Positions 18,064 to 27,744 of a stretch of DNA of 64,000 bases are shown piece by piece. The notes beneath the pieces were generated by a model. That model worked only from the letters and a program-made list of their open reading frames with translations. It was not told where the DNA came from and ran no database searches. The stretch is taken from the NCBI GenBank assembly GCA_028279805.1, contig JANQMZ010000007.1, positions 409,092 to 473,091 of the forward strand, in the 5' to 3' direction. Position numbers and translations under genes: made by a program. Each line of letters opens with the position of its first letter. Position 1 is the stretch's first letter. This DNA is from an archaeon (GTDB lineage: Archaea > Iainarchaeota > Iainarchaeia > Iainarchaeales > JANQMZ01).

Positions 18064-18615
18064 TTATTTGCGCCTTAATCTTTGCCTGCCTCTGTCTGCA
18101 ATATTTCTTTTATAAACATGAAAATCATCAGAATTATGCTTTTGTCCTCGTGAAGTTCTTCCCAAAACTTTGTTGCCATAAAGTCTTCCCGCTCTTGCGC
18201 CCTCCCTCGTAATAACTGTTCCGTAAATTTTTTCAAAACCTAATCTGATTAAATGTTCTTCAATTTCAGCCATATGATGCCAGCCCATTCTTGAATTTGG
18301 TTTGGTTATGGTGTGACCCAGCCAGCAGGATTTTTCACCTTTTTCATTTCTTGCAGCAACTCCGCCGGTGTAAGCAACAACGTTTCCTTTTTTGTCAACG
18401 GCCAATGCATAAAATTTTCCCGGTTTTTTTCTCAAAAACATTCTTCTAAAATTTTGAATCCTGTCACCAGGCTCTCTAACACGGGCAAAAGTCTGGTCAA
18501 TTAAGGAACGCACCTGTTCCCATAAACCGGTGTTTTGCCTGAATTCATCATGAGTTAAAAAAATCAGAGATAAATCATTTCTCCAGGAACCATGCTCTAA
18601 AACAACTTTTACCAT
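18064..18615 (-). CDS. Possible GNAT-fold acetyltransferase with a basic C-terminal tail.
   Basis: The core shows only weak GNAT-like features. Confidence 0.25.
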   Translation of the reverse strand: MVKVVLEHGSWRNDLSLIFLTHDEFRQNTGLWEQVRSLIDQTFARVREPGDRIQNFRRMFLRKKPGKFYALAVDKKGNVVAYTGGVAARNEKGEKSCWLGHTITKPNSRMGWHHMAEIEEHLIRLGFEKIYGTVITREGARAGRLYGNKVLGRTSRGQKHNSDDFHVYKRNIADRGRQRLRRK

Positions 18616-18685
18616 TAAAAATTAACTGTTTTAACATAAAAAAGGCTTTTCTTTTTTTGAATGAAAAGCTTTAAATTCTTTAAAT

Positions 18686-18916
18686 ATGATAAAATTGGAT
18701 AACATGGCTAAAACAAGAAAAAAGGAAGGGAAGCCTTTACCTGAAACTGCTGACATGAAAATGTGGAAAAAAGAATATGAAAACATGTCAGAAGAAGAAC
18801 ATCATCAAAAACTAAAGCAATTAGGATTGTCTGACGAGGATATGAAAGAATTTGATGAGGTTTTGGAAGAGGAAAAAAAAGAAAAAAAATCAGAATCAGA
18901 TGAAGATTCAGAGTAA
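18686..18916 (+). CDS. Small acidic hypothetical protein.
   Basis: ORF only. Confidence 0.3.
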   Translation: MIKLDNMAKTRKKEGKPLPETADMKMWKKEYENMSEEEHHQKLKQLGLSDEDMKEFDEVLEEEKKEKKSESDEDSE

Positions 18917-18919
18917 AGA

Positions 18920-19255
18920 TTGAAAATGCTTTCAGCAAGTCTTTTTTTAAATTTTTTAGTAGATGTTGTTGCATTATTTTTTGTAGCAGGATTTTTTGGC
19001 GTTAAACAAAACAGAGCTGCTTCCGTTTTAATCATAACAATTGTATCTTACCTGGTCGGACATTTTGCCGTTCCCTTAATTGTTTCAAGCGTTTCATTCG
19101 GCATAGGAGCATTACTTGTAACACTTTTAGGCGTTTTATTCATACGCCTTGTAATGATCTGGATAGTTTTCAAAACAGGAATAGTAAACGGCTTAATGAT
19201 CTGGATATTGTCTGCAGTAGTAAGCATAATATTCTCATTATACCTGCCGTTATAA
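18920..19255 (+). CDS. Hypothetical membrane protein.
   Basis: 3 TM helices. Confidence 0.3.
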   Translation: MKMLSASLFLNFLVDVVALFFVAGFFGVKQNRAASVLIITIVSYLVGHFAVPLIVSSVSFGIGALLVTLLGVLFIRLVMIWIVFKTGIVNGLMIWILSAVVSIIFSLYLPL

Positions 19256-19300
19256 TTGGAACAAATCATGGCATAGATTTTTATTCTCTCCATTCTTTTT

Positions 19301-20596
19301 TTGTTATTGATTCAAATGCTGGACACGCCTAACGAAGTTATCTGTGAAGTTTGCAAAATTCAGTTAGACAAAGTTTCAATGGTAAAAATTTTAACAGATT
19401 ATGAATTGTTTTTATTGAATCATCCGGCAAGAGTAATAACAATTAATATTCCAATGAAAATGGATTCCGGGGAAATAAAAGTGTTTCCTGCTTTCAGAAT
19501 TCAATACAATGATGCTCGCGGCCCTACAAAAGGAGGAATAAGGTTTCATCCCAATGTTAACATGGAGGAAGTAGAACAACTGGCTTTTTTAATGACATTA
19601 AAATGTTCACTGGCAAATATTCCTTTCGGAGGGGCAAAAGGAGGCATAACCGTTAATCCAAAAGATTTAAGTGAACGGGAATTGCAGACTTTAAGCAAAT
19701 TATATGTTAAAAATTTTCATCCGTTTATAGGGCAGGAAAAAGATATTCCTGCTCCGGACGTTAATACCAATCCGCAAATAATGGCCTGGATGCTGGAAGA
19801 ATATGAAACAATTTTGGGCAAAAGTGTTCCAGCAACTTTTACAGGCAAGCCTGAAGAATTAGGCGGAATTGAAATAAGAAATTCTTCAACTTCTTTAGGA
19901 GGTGCAATTGTTTTGAGAGAATATTTTAAAAGCATTGGAAAAAAACTTGAAGGAATAACAGTTGCAATTCAGGGATTTGGAAATGTTGGTTCACATATGG
20001 CCCGCATTTTAGATGAATGGAATGCAAAAATTGTTGCTGTAAGCGATGCATCAGGTGCTGTTTACAACAAAGACGGGTTGGATATTAAGGAATTGTTTGA
20101 AAAAAATCCAAATGCAATGTCTCTTGAAGGATTAAATGGTGAAAAAATTTCAAATGAAGAATTATTGGAATTGGATGTTGATGTTTTGATTCCGGCTGCA
20201 GTTGAAGACCAGATTAATGAAAAAAACATGAAAAACATTAAAGCATCCGTTATAATGGAAATGGCTAATGGTCCTGTAAGTGTTGAAGCTGATGATTTTT
20301 TGCAGGATAAAATTACAATAATTCCTGACATTCTGGCAAATGCCGGAGGAGTTACAGGCTCATATCTGGAATGGACTCAGAATTTAAAAAAAGAAGACTG
20401 GACAACAAAAGAATTGGAAACAAAACTTGAAGAATTCATGGTTAATGCTTTTAATGCAATGAATGATTATTCAAAAAAACATTCTTTTCCGATGAGAAAA
20501 AGTGCTTATGTTTTAGCTGTTGAACGAGTTTTAAAAGCTGAAGCAGCAAGAGGCAACATTTCAAGCATTAAAGCAAAACAAAACGGTTTGAAATAA
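19301..20596 (+). CDS. gdhA: Glutamate dehydrogenase (ELFV family).
   Basis: 'FGGAKGGI' and 'QGFGNVG' motifs. The N terminus and length are canonical for GDH. Confidence 0.85.
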   Translation: MLLIQMLDTPNEVICEVCKIQLDKVSMVKILTDYELFLLNHPARVITINIPMKMDSGEIKVFPAFRIQYNDARGPTKGGIRFHPNVNMEEVEQLAFLMTLKCSLANIPFGGAKGGITVNPKDLSERELQTLSKLYVKNFHPFIGQEKDIPAPDVNTNPQIMAWMLEEYETILGKSVPATFTGKPEELGGIEIRNSSTSLGGAIVLREYFKSIGKKLEGITVAIQGFGNVGSHMARILDEWNAKIVAVSDASGAVYNKDGLDIKELFEKNPNAMSLEGLNGEKISNEELLELDVDVLIPAAVEDQINEKNMKNIKASVIMEMANGPVSVEADDFLQDKITIIPDILANAGGVTGSYLEWTQNLKKEDWTTKELETKLEEFMVNAFNAMNDYSKKHSFPMRKSAYVLAVERVLKAEAARGNISSIKAKQNGLK

Positions 20597-20646
20597 TTCT
20601 TTAAATCATTTTTAAATTATTTCTTCACTTATTTTAAAGTGAGAAA

Positions 20647-21177
20647 ATGAAGAAACTATTTTTTCTAATTTTATTTCTGATTTTTTTAATTTTTGTTTTT
20701 AATAATCTTTCATTTAAGGATCAAATGCAGATAAAATCAATAGCAACATGCGGACTTGTCAATGGAAAATTTTGCGAATCAGACAATTTTTGTGCCGGAT
20801 TAAAAATTGGAGGACATCCTGGAAACTGTTGCATGGGCTTTTGTTATGACATAGATTGGAAAAGCTGTGACCAAGATTCAGATTGTATTAGAGTAAACAA
20901 AACTTGTTGTTCTTTTAGCAGAACTGCAATAAATAAAAAATATGAGCAGAAATGGAGTCTATTTCTACATCAAGACGGTTGCTACTGTCAAGCATGGATG
21001 CCTAGGCCATCAATTGACTGGTTTGCAAAACCAGTTTGTGTTGAAAACAAGTGTGTTTTGGATTTAGAGGATTCTTCAGTTTGTGAAAATGAAGAAACTG
21101 CTAAACGCGCTGATTTATGTTATTCTTTATTTGATAAAGATGTGCAAGAAGGAAGGATTTTTGATCAGCCTCGCTAA
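20647..21177 (+). CDS. Secreted Cys-rich protein (about 20 Cys).
   Basis: N-terminal signal/TM followed by a cysteine-dense domain. Confidence 0.55.
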   Translation: MKKLFFLILFLIFLIFVFNNLSFKDQMQIKSIATCGLVNGKFCESDNFCAGLKIGGHPGNCCMGFCYDIDWKSCDQDSDCIRVNKTCCSFSRTAINKKYEQKWSLFLHQDGCYCQAWMPRPSIDWFAKPVCVENKCVLDLEDSSVCENEETAKRADLCYSLFDKDVQEGRIFDQPR

Positions 21178-21279
21178 ACACCTTTTTAAACTATTTTGCC
21201 TAATTTTTGTTAATTGCGAGCTCAAGCGAGCAAGTGCCATTGTAAATGGCACGCGGAGTAACCGTACGCAATCGGTTGT

Positions 21280-21351
21280 GCCCTGGTAGTCTAGTGGTTA
21301 GGATACGGCCCTGTCGAGGCTGTGACTCGGGTTCGAATCCCGGCCAGGGCG
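21280..21351 (+). tRNA. tRNA-Asp (anticodon GUC). No CCA is encoded.
   Basis: Manual fold: acceptor GCCCUGG/CCAGGGC, anticodon loop CUGUCGA, T-loop GGUUCGAAUCC. Confidence 0.85.
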
Positions 21352-21373
21352 CTTTAAAATAATGGTGATGTGA

Positions 21374-21613
21374 ATGAAAACAATGACTTGTAAACAGCTT
21401 GGGGGTTCTTGTGATAAAGAATTTCATGCTGAAACTTTTGATGAAATGGCTGAAATGAGTAAAAATCATGGCATGGAAATGTTTGAAAAAAACGATGAAG
21501 AGCATATTAAAGCTATGGAAGAAATGAAAAAACTAATGAATAATCCTGATGCTTTGAAAGAATGGATGGAAAACAAGCAAAAAGAATTTGATGAATTGCC
21601 TGAAGACAATTAA
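21374..21613 (+). CDS. DUF1059 small metal-binding protein.
   Basis: 'MKTMTCKQLGGSCDKEFHAETF' is the family signature. Confidence 0.7.
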   Translation: MKTMTCKQLGGSCDKEFHAETFDEMAEMSKNHGMEMFEKNDEEHIKAMEEMKKLMNNPDALKEWMENKQKEFDELPEDN

Positions 21614-21653
21614 TTTTGTTTGAATTTTTTTCTGGTTTTTTTTAAGTGATTTT

Positions 21654-22409
21654 GTGAATTTGTTTGAAGCAATAATTTTAGGAATTTTACAGGGAGTATT
21701 TGAATGGCTGCCTGTTAGCAGTCAGGGTCAAATTATTGCTGTTGCAATTGCTTTTTTTCAGATTTCAACACAGGAGGCTTTAAAGCATTCAATTTTTTTA
21801 CATACAGGAACTTTGATTGCTGCAATTATTTTTTTCAGAAAAGAATTAATTAAAATAATTCAAGGAGAAAACCCGGAATTAAGAAATTTTATTTTAATTG
21901 CTGTTTTGGCAACAATTATAACTGCTGTTCCGAGTTTTTTTATTTTAAAACAATTAATTTTTTCTTCAACAATTTTATTGTTTTTAATCGGATTTTTATT
22001 AATAATAACCGGATTATTACAAAAAATTAAACAAAAACAAATAAAACCAAAATTAAACAAAAAAAATTCAATAATATTAGGCTTAATGCAAGGCTTTTCA
22101 GTATTACCAGGAATAAGTAGGTCAGGAATAACAACAGCAACACTATTATTCGAAGGATTTGAACCGGAAGAAGCTTTTAGGATTAGTTTTTTGCTAAGTG
22201 TTCCAACAGTTTTAATTGGAGAAATAGCTTATGGATTAGTTGAAGGATTTAGCTTTGAATTTAATTCCTTAATTGCTTTAGTATTTGCTTTTGTATTCGG
22301 ATTAATATCAATTGATTTGCTGTTGAAACTGGCTAAAAGGATTAGCTTCAGTTGGTTTGCGATTGGTTTTGGATTAATTTATTTGATTATTGGGTTGGTT
22401 GGGGTTTGA
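21654..22409 (+). CDS. uppP: Undecaprenyl (polyprenyl) diphosphatase (UppP/BacA).
   Basis: 'FEWLPVSSQGQ' and 'GISRSGITTA' motifs. The start codon is GTG. Confidence 0.8.
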   Translation: MNLFEAIILGILQGVFEWLPVSSQGQIIAVAIAFFQISTQEALKHSIFLHTGTLIAAIIFFRKELIKIIQGENPELRNFILIAVLATIITAVPSFFILKQLIFSSTILLFLIGFLLIITGLLQKIKQKQIKPKLNKKNSIILGLMQGFSVLPGISRSGITTATLLFEGFEPEEAFRISFLLSVPTVLIGEIAYGLVEGFSFEFNSLIALVFAFVFGLISIDLLLKLAKRISFSWFAIGFGLIYLIIGLVGV

Positions 22410-22427
22410 ATATTGTTTGTACAGACA

Positions 22428-23102
22428 CTAATCAAAAGGAATTAAACGATTCTCGATAAAATCTAACATCTCTTTAACATCTGACTCTTTATATTTATCA
22501 AAATGTCCGTGTGCTGCGTCACTACCAACATCAATATGTCCTTGAATTTTTCTCCAAAAAGATTTATCAAAAACCCCTTCAGATTTTAATTTATCATTAA
22601 TTGTACCGACCATTTCATTACCAGAAAGTTTAATTTCTTTTTTCTTACAAATATCTCTCAATTCTTCTTCAATAACAATTCTACCATAAATAGCTGCTGT
22701 GTCTTTATTTTTATTTTTCAAAAAATGTTTTGCCTGTTGAAGAATAGAATCAAAAATATCAGAAGCAACCAAATGATTAATTTTGTACAAAAAACCTTTT
22801 TTTATTTCCTCTTTTGCGCTTTCAAGTATCCTAACTGCGCTAGATAATTTCCCACGATAATTAAGCCCTCTGCTATTCAAAGCGTTTTGCAACATTTTAT
22901 AGTGGATTTCTTTACCAAAAGTTTTTTCAATTAAGTTTAAAGCAGAAGGTGCCCATTTTAACCACAGATAATATCCATCAGTATCCCTTATACGGCCCAA
23001 GTTTCTAATACTGCTTCTCATTATTGGCACTCTTTCGAATCCTACCTCGTTTATAAGCTCATTAAATCTTTTTAAAATAGAATCTCTCATCCAAAATTTC
23101 AC
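22428..23102 (-). CDS. Hypothetical protein, possibly HEPN-like (Rx4H motif 'RKIQGH').
   Basis: ORF at the edge of the defense island. Confidence 0.25.
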   Translation of the reverse strand: MKFWMRDSILKRFNELINEVGFERVPIMRSSIRNLGRIRDTDGYYLWLKWAPSALNLIEKTFGKEIHYKMLQNALNSRGLNYRGKLSSAVRILESAKEEIKKGFLYKINHLVASDIFDSILQQAKHFLKNKNKDTAAIYGRIVIEEELRDICKKKEIKLSGNEMVGTINDKLKSEGVFDKSFWRKIQGHIDVGSDAAHGHFDKYKESDVKEMLDFIENRLIPFD

Positions 23103-23134
23103 TACAAATCTATTTAAAAAATTAAAGCTTTTTA

Positions 23135-24322
23135 ATGGTGGTTATGGATGAGAGAATAGAAGAACATTTTTCAACATTGGACTTAGATTTAAGAAAAACT
23201 AGATTTTCTAGATTTATCGACCAAAAAGTCACTCCAGACGTTTTATCTTTCATTGCAGATTGTATAATGGCACATACTGGAGGAAATGAAGAAAAAAAAT
23301 TTAGAGTAAAGGACATATGGAACTCCGAATACTTCAAAAAAAACGTAATTCAAATATATAGCAAGCCGTCACCAGAAAATGAAACGGCGACACACGAATA
23401 TGACAAGTTTATTGGACAACCTATGAGACTTTTGAACTACGGAAAAATAATAGAATCAGAAAAAAAAGGGAACGCTAATTTTTACTGGTGCTCAAATCCA
23501 GAAATACTCAACTATATATCAATGAATGAAACATATTCATTTAATTTTCTTTATTTATATCTAAAAAAAGTTTTAGATGATAGCGGATTTTTACAACATA
23601 TAGAAAGATATAAGGAAAATGATAACCCGCAAAATTTTAGAGAATTGAAAAATAGGTTTCAAATATTTATTAGAGGGAACACAAAAATAAATACAGATGT
23701 TGAGATAAATAGGATCTTTCCAAAAGTGCTTAACATATTTTCTGTAAAATGGAACATACGAGGAAGTAAAAAGGGAAGAATTTCCAGACACAGATTCAAT
23801 TTTTCAGATTTAACTTACAATGAAATAAATTGGAGAGATATAAAAAAAGACAAGAGAACTACTAGAACAGAGGCACAAAATAGAGAATTGGAAAAAGTAA
23901 AAAAATATGAAAAGTATACTGTTGAAAAAGCCAAAAGGATAATAAGAAAAAAATATAGAGAAACAGAAATAAAAGATCGGTGGGCTGGAGGAAAAGCAAC
24001 ACAAGTGCACCATATTTTTCCGGAACACGAATATCCACAATTTGCAGCTTATCTTGAAAACCTAATAAAACTAACACCAGACCAGCATTTCACGAAAGCA
24101 CACCCAAACAATAGTACAAAAGATATAGATAAAACATATCAACTTGATTTGGTTATAGCTAAAATATACAGCATAGAAGATTCTTTATCAAAAAAAGAAA
24201 CATATTACCATAAAGATAGACTCATAGAACTATTGAACGAAACATTAGGAATCGAAATGTCTCAAATAACCTCCTTTGATGAAATCAGAAAAAAAATAAA
24301 AGAAATTCAACTAAGTTTCTAA
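23135..24322 (+). CDS. Putative HNH-type restriction endonuclease.
   Basis: C-terminal 'QVHHIFPEHEYPQFAAYLENLIKLTPDQHFTKAH' His-Me finger motif. Convergent with the MTase. Confidence 0.5.
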   Translation: MVVMDERIEEHFSTLDLDLRKTRFSRFIDQKVTPDVLSFIADCIMAHTGGNEEKKFRVKDIWNSEYFKKNVIQIYSKPSPENETATHEYDKFIGQPMRLLNYGKIIESEKKGNANFYWCSNPEILNYISMNETYSFNFLYLYLKKVLDDSGFLQHIERYKENDNPQNFRELKNRFQIFIRGNTKINTDVEINRIFPKVLNIFSVKWNIRGSKKGRISRHRFNFSDLTYNEINWRDIKKDKRTTRTEAQNRELEKVKKYEKYTVEKAKRIIRKKYRETEIKDRWAGGKATQVHHIFPEHEYPQFAAYLENLIKLTPDQHFTKAHPNNSTKDIDKTYQLDLVIAKIYSIEDSLSKKETYYHKDRLIELLNETLGIEMSQITSFDEIRKKIKEIQLSF

Positions 24323-26854
24323 TTTTCCGAAAAAATAAATTGAATTGCTATCGATGTTCATAGATCTAGTGCTTCTGTTTCTAGCAACGCTATAAAATTC
24401 TCTGAACTCAGAAGTGCTATAATAATTCAATGTTTTCTCATCAATTTCTGTTCCATTTTTTGGTTGAGCAATAGCCACTGAACCATCACAAATAGCGTTT
24501 TCCGGCATAAAACATGCTCTGGGATAATAAGTAAGATTTGGTATTAAAACAGAATTTCTAGAATTTAAAAATTTTTTAACCGTTAAGGAAGATGCCTCTC
24601 TATTACTGATATATTTATCGTAACCGGAAATATCTTTTATTTTGTTATTCCCAATATTTCTAGATTTTAAAACTCTATATTTTCCTTTGTCGTAAAGAAT
24701 TTTATTTGTAATCTGTCTATCTCTAAAAACTTTGAATATGTCAAATTTCATCTTTTTACTTATTTTATTAAAAAAATTGTTCCTGTAAATTAACCAATAA
24801 GGAAAAATATCTGAAGCCATCTCCAATTGCTCTAAAAATCTTGCGTTTTTAGTTACATAAGACTCTATTTTTACCATATTCTTGGGGGTTCTTCTATTTC
24901 TTTTCAAGATGAACCCAATAGTTTCTATCTTAACATCAAAAGCTTTTTCGCCAAAATCAACAATTTTTACAATGTTATATTGATTCATTAATTCCCTTGT
25001 TTTATTAAATTCAGGAGTAGACAATAAACTTTTTGGGACAATAAATGAAATAAAATCGCCCAATGTTATTGCTCTTTCAATGAAAAAAGAAAAAAGATTA
25101 TTTGTATCTTTGTTATTTTTCCCTCGCTTGTAATGTTTTAACAATTTTTTGTTGTTAACAACTTTTTTAAACGGAGGATTCCCCAATATAACATCATATT
25201 TAAAATTGCCATTATAAAAAATAAAATCAGCGTTTATATATTTTATTTTGAAATTATTTGGGATTCTTAATTTTTTTACTAAAATTTTTAAGAGGGTTAT
25301 TGATTTTTTGTCTATATCTATAACATCTAAACTTACTTTTTTATTGTTTTTATATTTAGCTATAAGTGAGGGTAAAAAATTTCCTGCACCCACTGCGGGT
25401 TCAAGTAAGTGAATCTCTTTCTTGTTCTTAAAATCTGGTAAATCCTTAACAAGAGAAAAACAAATATTTGAGGGGGTATAGTAAGCGGAATTTTTTAATC
25501 TTTTTGCATTAGAAAGTTCGGCGATCTTAGAAAGTGTATTGTATGAATATTTTTTTAGGTTTGTATTAATAAATGACTTAAGCTTACTGTGAGAGTCTAA
25601 TTTGTTTTTTTCTATTATTTTTATTATTTTAGGTTTTGTTAACTCTTGATCTTTCAGTGCCCCTCTTATATTTCCAGCTATTTTTCTAAAAATAATTGTT
25701 GGCACAGCTTCTCCCACACACCTCCTTATGTTCAACTCATTTTTCTTTAAAAAAAATCTTTTCTTGTCCAAAGACTTATGATTGAGCACGTCAAAAGGAA
25801 TTTTTGACCATTTAAAGTTCCTTGGAATTGTCATTAGTTTCATGATTTCTCTAATTGAAAAAACTCTGTGGTCTCTTGGATGTATAGTCCACTGACTTGC
25901 TAAAATATCATTTCTAGTATGTATACAATAAGCTGGTTTATCCCAGTAACATCTTTTGTATTTATCACCACTTTTGTTTTTGTTAAACACTATTTTATCA
26001 TTTTTTATTCTGTGAGGAATTCTAGCACGAGCTCTATTCTCAAAGGCAGATTGCCCTTCTTTCAAATTTTCTATCCATTTAAGCATATATTTTGGAAATT
26101 TTCTATAGGAATGATAAATGTCCGAATAATCTATTTCGCCCATTTTTTTTAAAGGTTTTAATTTTCCAATGGTTTGTCTAACGGTTTTTTCTTTTTCTTT
26201 TGATGGAAAAAGCTCTAATGGGGAAATATCTATTAAATCTTTTCTAACTCCAATTACAAGAGTTCTTGTTCTTTGAGAAGGGCTTCCATAGTCCTTAAAA
26301 TTTATAACTTCAGAATGAACATTATAATTTGTGAGATTTGACTCTATTGCTTCTTTTATTGACTTTAGATTTCCGTCAGAGTCAGTGCATTTTGTATTTA
26401 AAAAAGTCCTAACATTCTCAAACAAAAATATTTTTGGATTAATTTTTTTAGTTACTATTATGGATTCAACTACCAATGAATTTCTTTTTAACTCGTTTTT
26501 TTTATTATGATTCGCTACAGACATTCCCTGACAAGGAGGCGTAGCCACAACAACATCAATTTCTTTTAAGCCGGTCTTTCTTTTCCAATGCTCTGTTTCT
26601 TTGTAAACTTTTTTTTTGATTTTTTCTTGACTCAAGTCTCCTAAAATATATCCTGAATCATGCTCGCATTTATTATTATATTTTTGAATATTGAGTCTTT
26701 CTTCAGAAACTTCGTTTGTAGCTACACAGTTAAATTCTGTAAGATTGAACCCATTACATCCCACACCAGCACCACTGAAAAGGCTTACATAAGAAAGTGT
26801 CTGGCCTTTGCTTGAATCTTTATGGCGAGGCATTTTTTCATTCTCCCTTTCCAA
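24311..26854 (-). CDS. Fused DNA methyltransferase: N-terminal C5-cytosine MTase plus C-terminal gamma-class N6-adenine/N4-cytosine MTase.
   Basis: m5C motifs 'FSGAGVGCNGF' (I), 'PPCQGMS' (IV), 'FLFENVRTF' (VI), 'QRTRTLVIG' (VIII). These are followed by 'LLEPAVGAGNFLP' (I) and 'ILGNPPFKK' (IV). Confidence 0.8.
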   Translation of the reverse strand: MERENEKMPRHKDSSKGQTLSYVSLFSGAGVGCNGFNLTEFNCVATNEVSEERLNIQKYNNKCEHDSGYILGDLSQEKIKKKVYKETEHWKRKTGLKEIDVVVATPPCQGMSVANHNKKNELKRNSLVVESIIVTKKINPKIFLFENVRTFLNTKCTDSDGNLKSIKEAIESNLTNYNVHSEVINFKDYGSPSQRTRTLVIGVRKDLIDISPLELFPSKEKEKTVRQTIGKLKPLKKMGEIDYSDIYHSYRKFPKYMLKWIENLKEGQSAFENRARARIPHRIKNDKIVFNKNKSGDKYKRCYWDKPAYCIHTRNDILASQWTIHPRDHRVFSIREIMKLMTIPRNFKWSKIPFDVLNHKSLDKKRFFLKKNELNIRRCVGEAVPTIIFRKIAGNIRGALKDQELTKPKIIKIIEKNKLDSHSKLKSFINTNLKKYSYNTLSKIAELSNAKRLKNSAYYTPSNICFSLVKDLPDFKNKKEIHLLEPAVGAGNFLPSLIAKYKNNKKVSLDVIDIDKKSITLLKILVKKLRIPNNFKIKYINADFIFYNGNFKYDVILGNPPFKKVVNNKKLLKHYKRGKNNKDTNNLFSFFIERAITLGDFISFIVPKSLLSTPEFNKTRELMNQYNIVKIVDFGEKAFDVKIETIGFILKRNRRTPKNMVKIESYVTKNARFLEQLEMASDIFPYWLIYRNNFFNKISKKMKFDIFKVFRDRQITNKILYDKGKYRVLKSRNIGNNKIKDISGYDKYISNREASSLTVKKFLNSRNSVLIPNLTYYPRACFMPENAICDGSVAIAQPKNGTEIDEKTLNYYSTSEFREFYSVARNRSTRSMNIDSNSIYFFGKLET

Positions 26855-26966
26855 AGTGAACTGTCTCTAAAACAAACTTTTGAGACGAACCTATAACATA
26901 ATACTTTTATAATTTAAAAGTTGACGATATCAGTTTAAAGCTACTGAGAGCACATTTCCGCTGAAA

Positions 26967-27179
26967 TTACTGCGAATTTTTACACTGACATGGATTTCCG
27001 CCAGACATCATTCCGGAAACCCAGTTATGCACTTTCACTTTTCCACATTTTTTACAACTTGCGTTTTTTACAGCTCTGGCGGTTCTTTCGTTCCATTTTT
27101 CCATTATTTTGTCTTCTTCTCTTCTTGAATTCAAAAATTCTTTTAATTCAATTATTTCAGTTTTAGTTAATTCAGTCAT
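26967..27179 (-). CDS. Small Cys-rich (zinc-ribbon-like) hypothetical protein.
   Basis: 'CKKCGK...CQC'. Confidence 0.3.
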   Translation of the reverse strand: MTELTKTEIIELKEFLNSRREEDKIMEKWNERTARAVKNASCKKCGKVKVHNWVSGMMSGGNPCQCKNSQ

Positions 27180-27283
27180 AAAAAAAAGAATTATTCTTAT
27201 TATTAATTGGTTTTTGGTTCAATGGTGTAATTGAATTCAAACTTTCCGAAAATATATTCGTTTTTCTTCTTCTTTTGAGGAAT

Positions 27284-27714
27284 TTTTTGATTTTTTATTA
27301 ATCCAAAGGCTTTCTATATTTTTCAATATCTGTGGACATTTTATTATTAAATCTAACATGCTTTGTTAGTGTGTGCTTAAATTTATCAATATCTGATTTT
27401 TTAAAAATTGCTAACTTTGGCTTTTTAGTCTCTGTGTTAAAATGAATAACATACAAATGTGTTGGACGGAACTTTAGACCTGAGGGGGTTTCAATAAATT
27501 CATATATATACGCATCAGGAATTCCTTTGTCCGATTCTGAAGTTTTAACCTCAATTAATCTAGGATCTTCTTTTTTTTTAAATCAACACTTATTATATCC
27601 ATTCCTGAATATTTTCTATTGCTCTGAACATCTGTTGGGAATCGACCATTAGCTGTTTCATATTTAATAACAATATCAATTCCTTTTTGTGCTAAATTTT
27701 TAGTCATTTTTTAC
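27284..27714 (-). pseudogene. PD-(D/E)xK nuclease (Hjc/Vsr-like, about 136 aa) interrupted by a frameshift at an A9/T9 homopolymer (27571-27579).
   Basis: Manual translation gives 47 aa, then a -1/+1 shift, then an 89-aa continuation containing 'MDIISVD...LIEVKTSE'. The track shows no single ORF of 60 aa or more here. Confidence 0.45.
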
Positions 27715-27744
27715 TCACTTTCCAATTAATTTTTTTATCACAAA

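Noticed and set aside
21178-21279. GC-rich segment with small inverted repeats (TGCCATT-GTAA-ATGGCA, GCGAGC x2) upstream of tRNA-Asp as a possible sRNA.
   Set aside because: No C/D or H/ACA box arrangement is discernible. It is most simply the tRNA promoter or leader.
23591-24077. Minus-strand ORFs 23591-23791, 23810-24040 and 23862-24077.
   Set aside because: They lie inside and antisense to the HNH restriction endonuclease gene. Their Phe/Leu-rich translations mark them as shadow ORFs.
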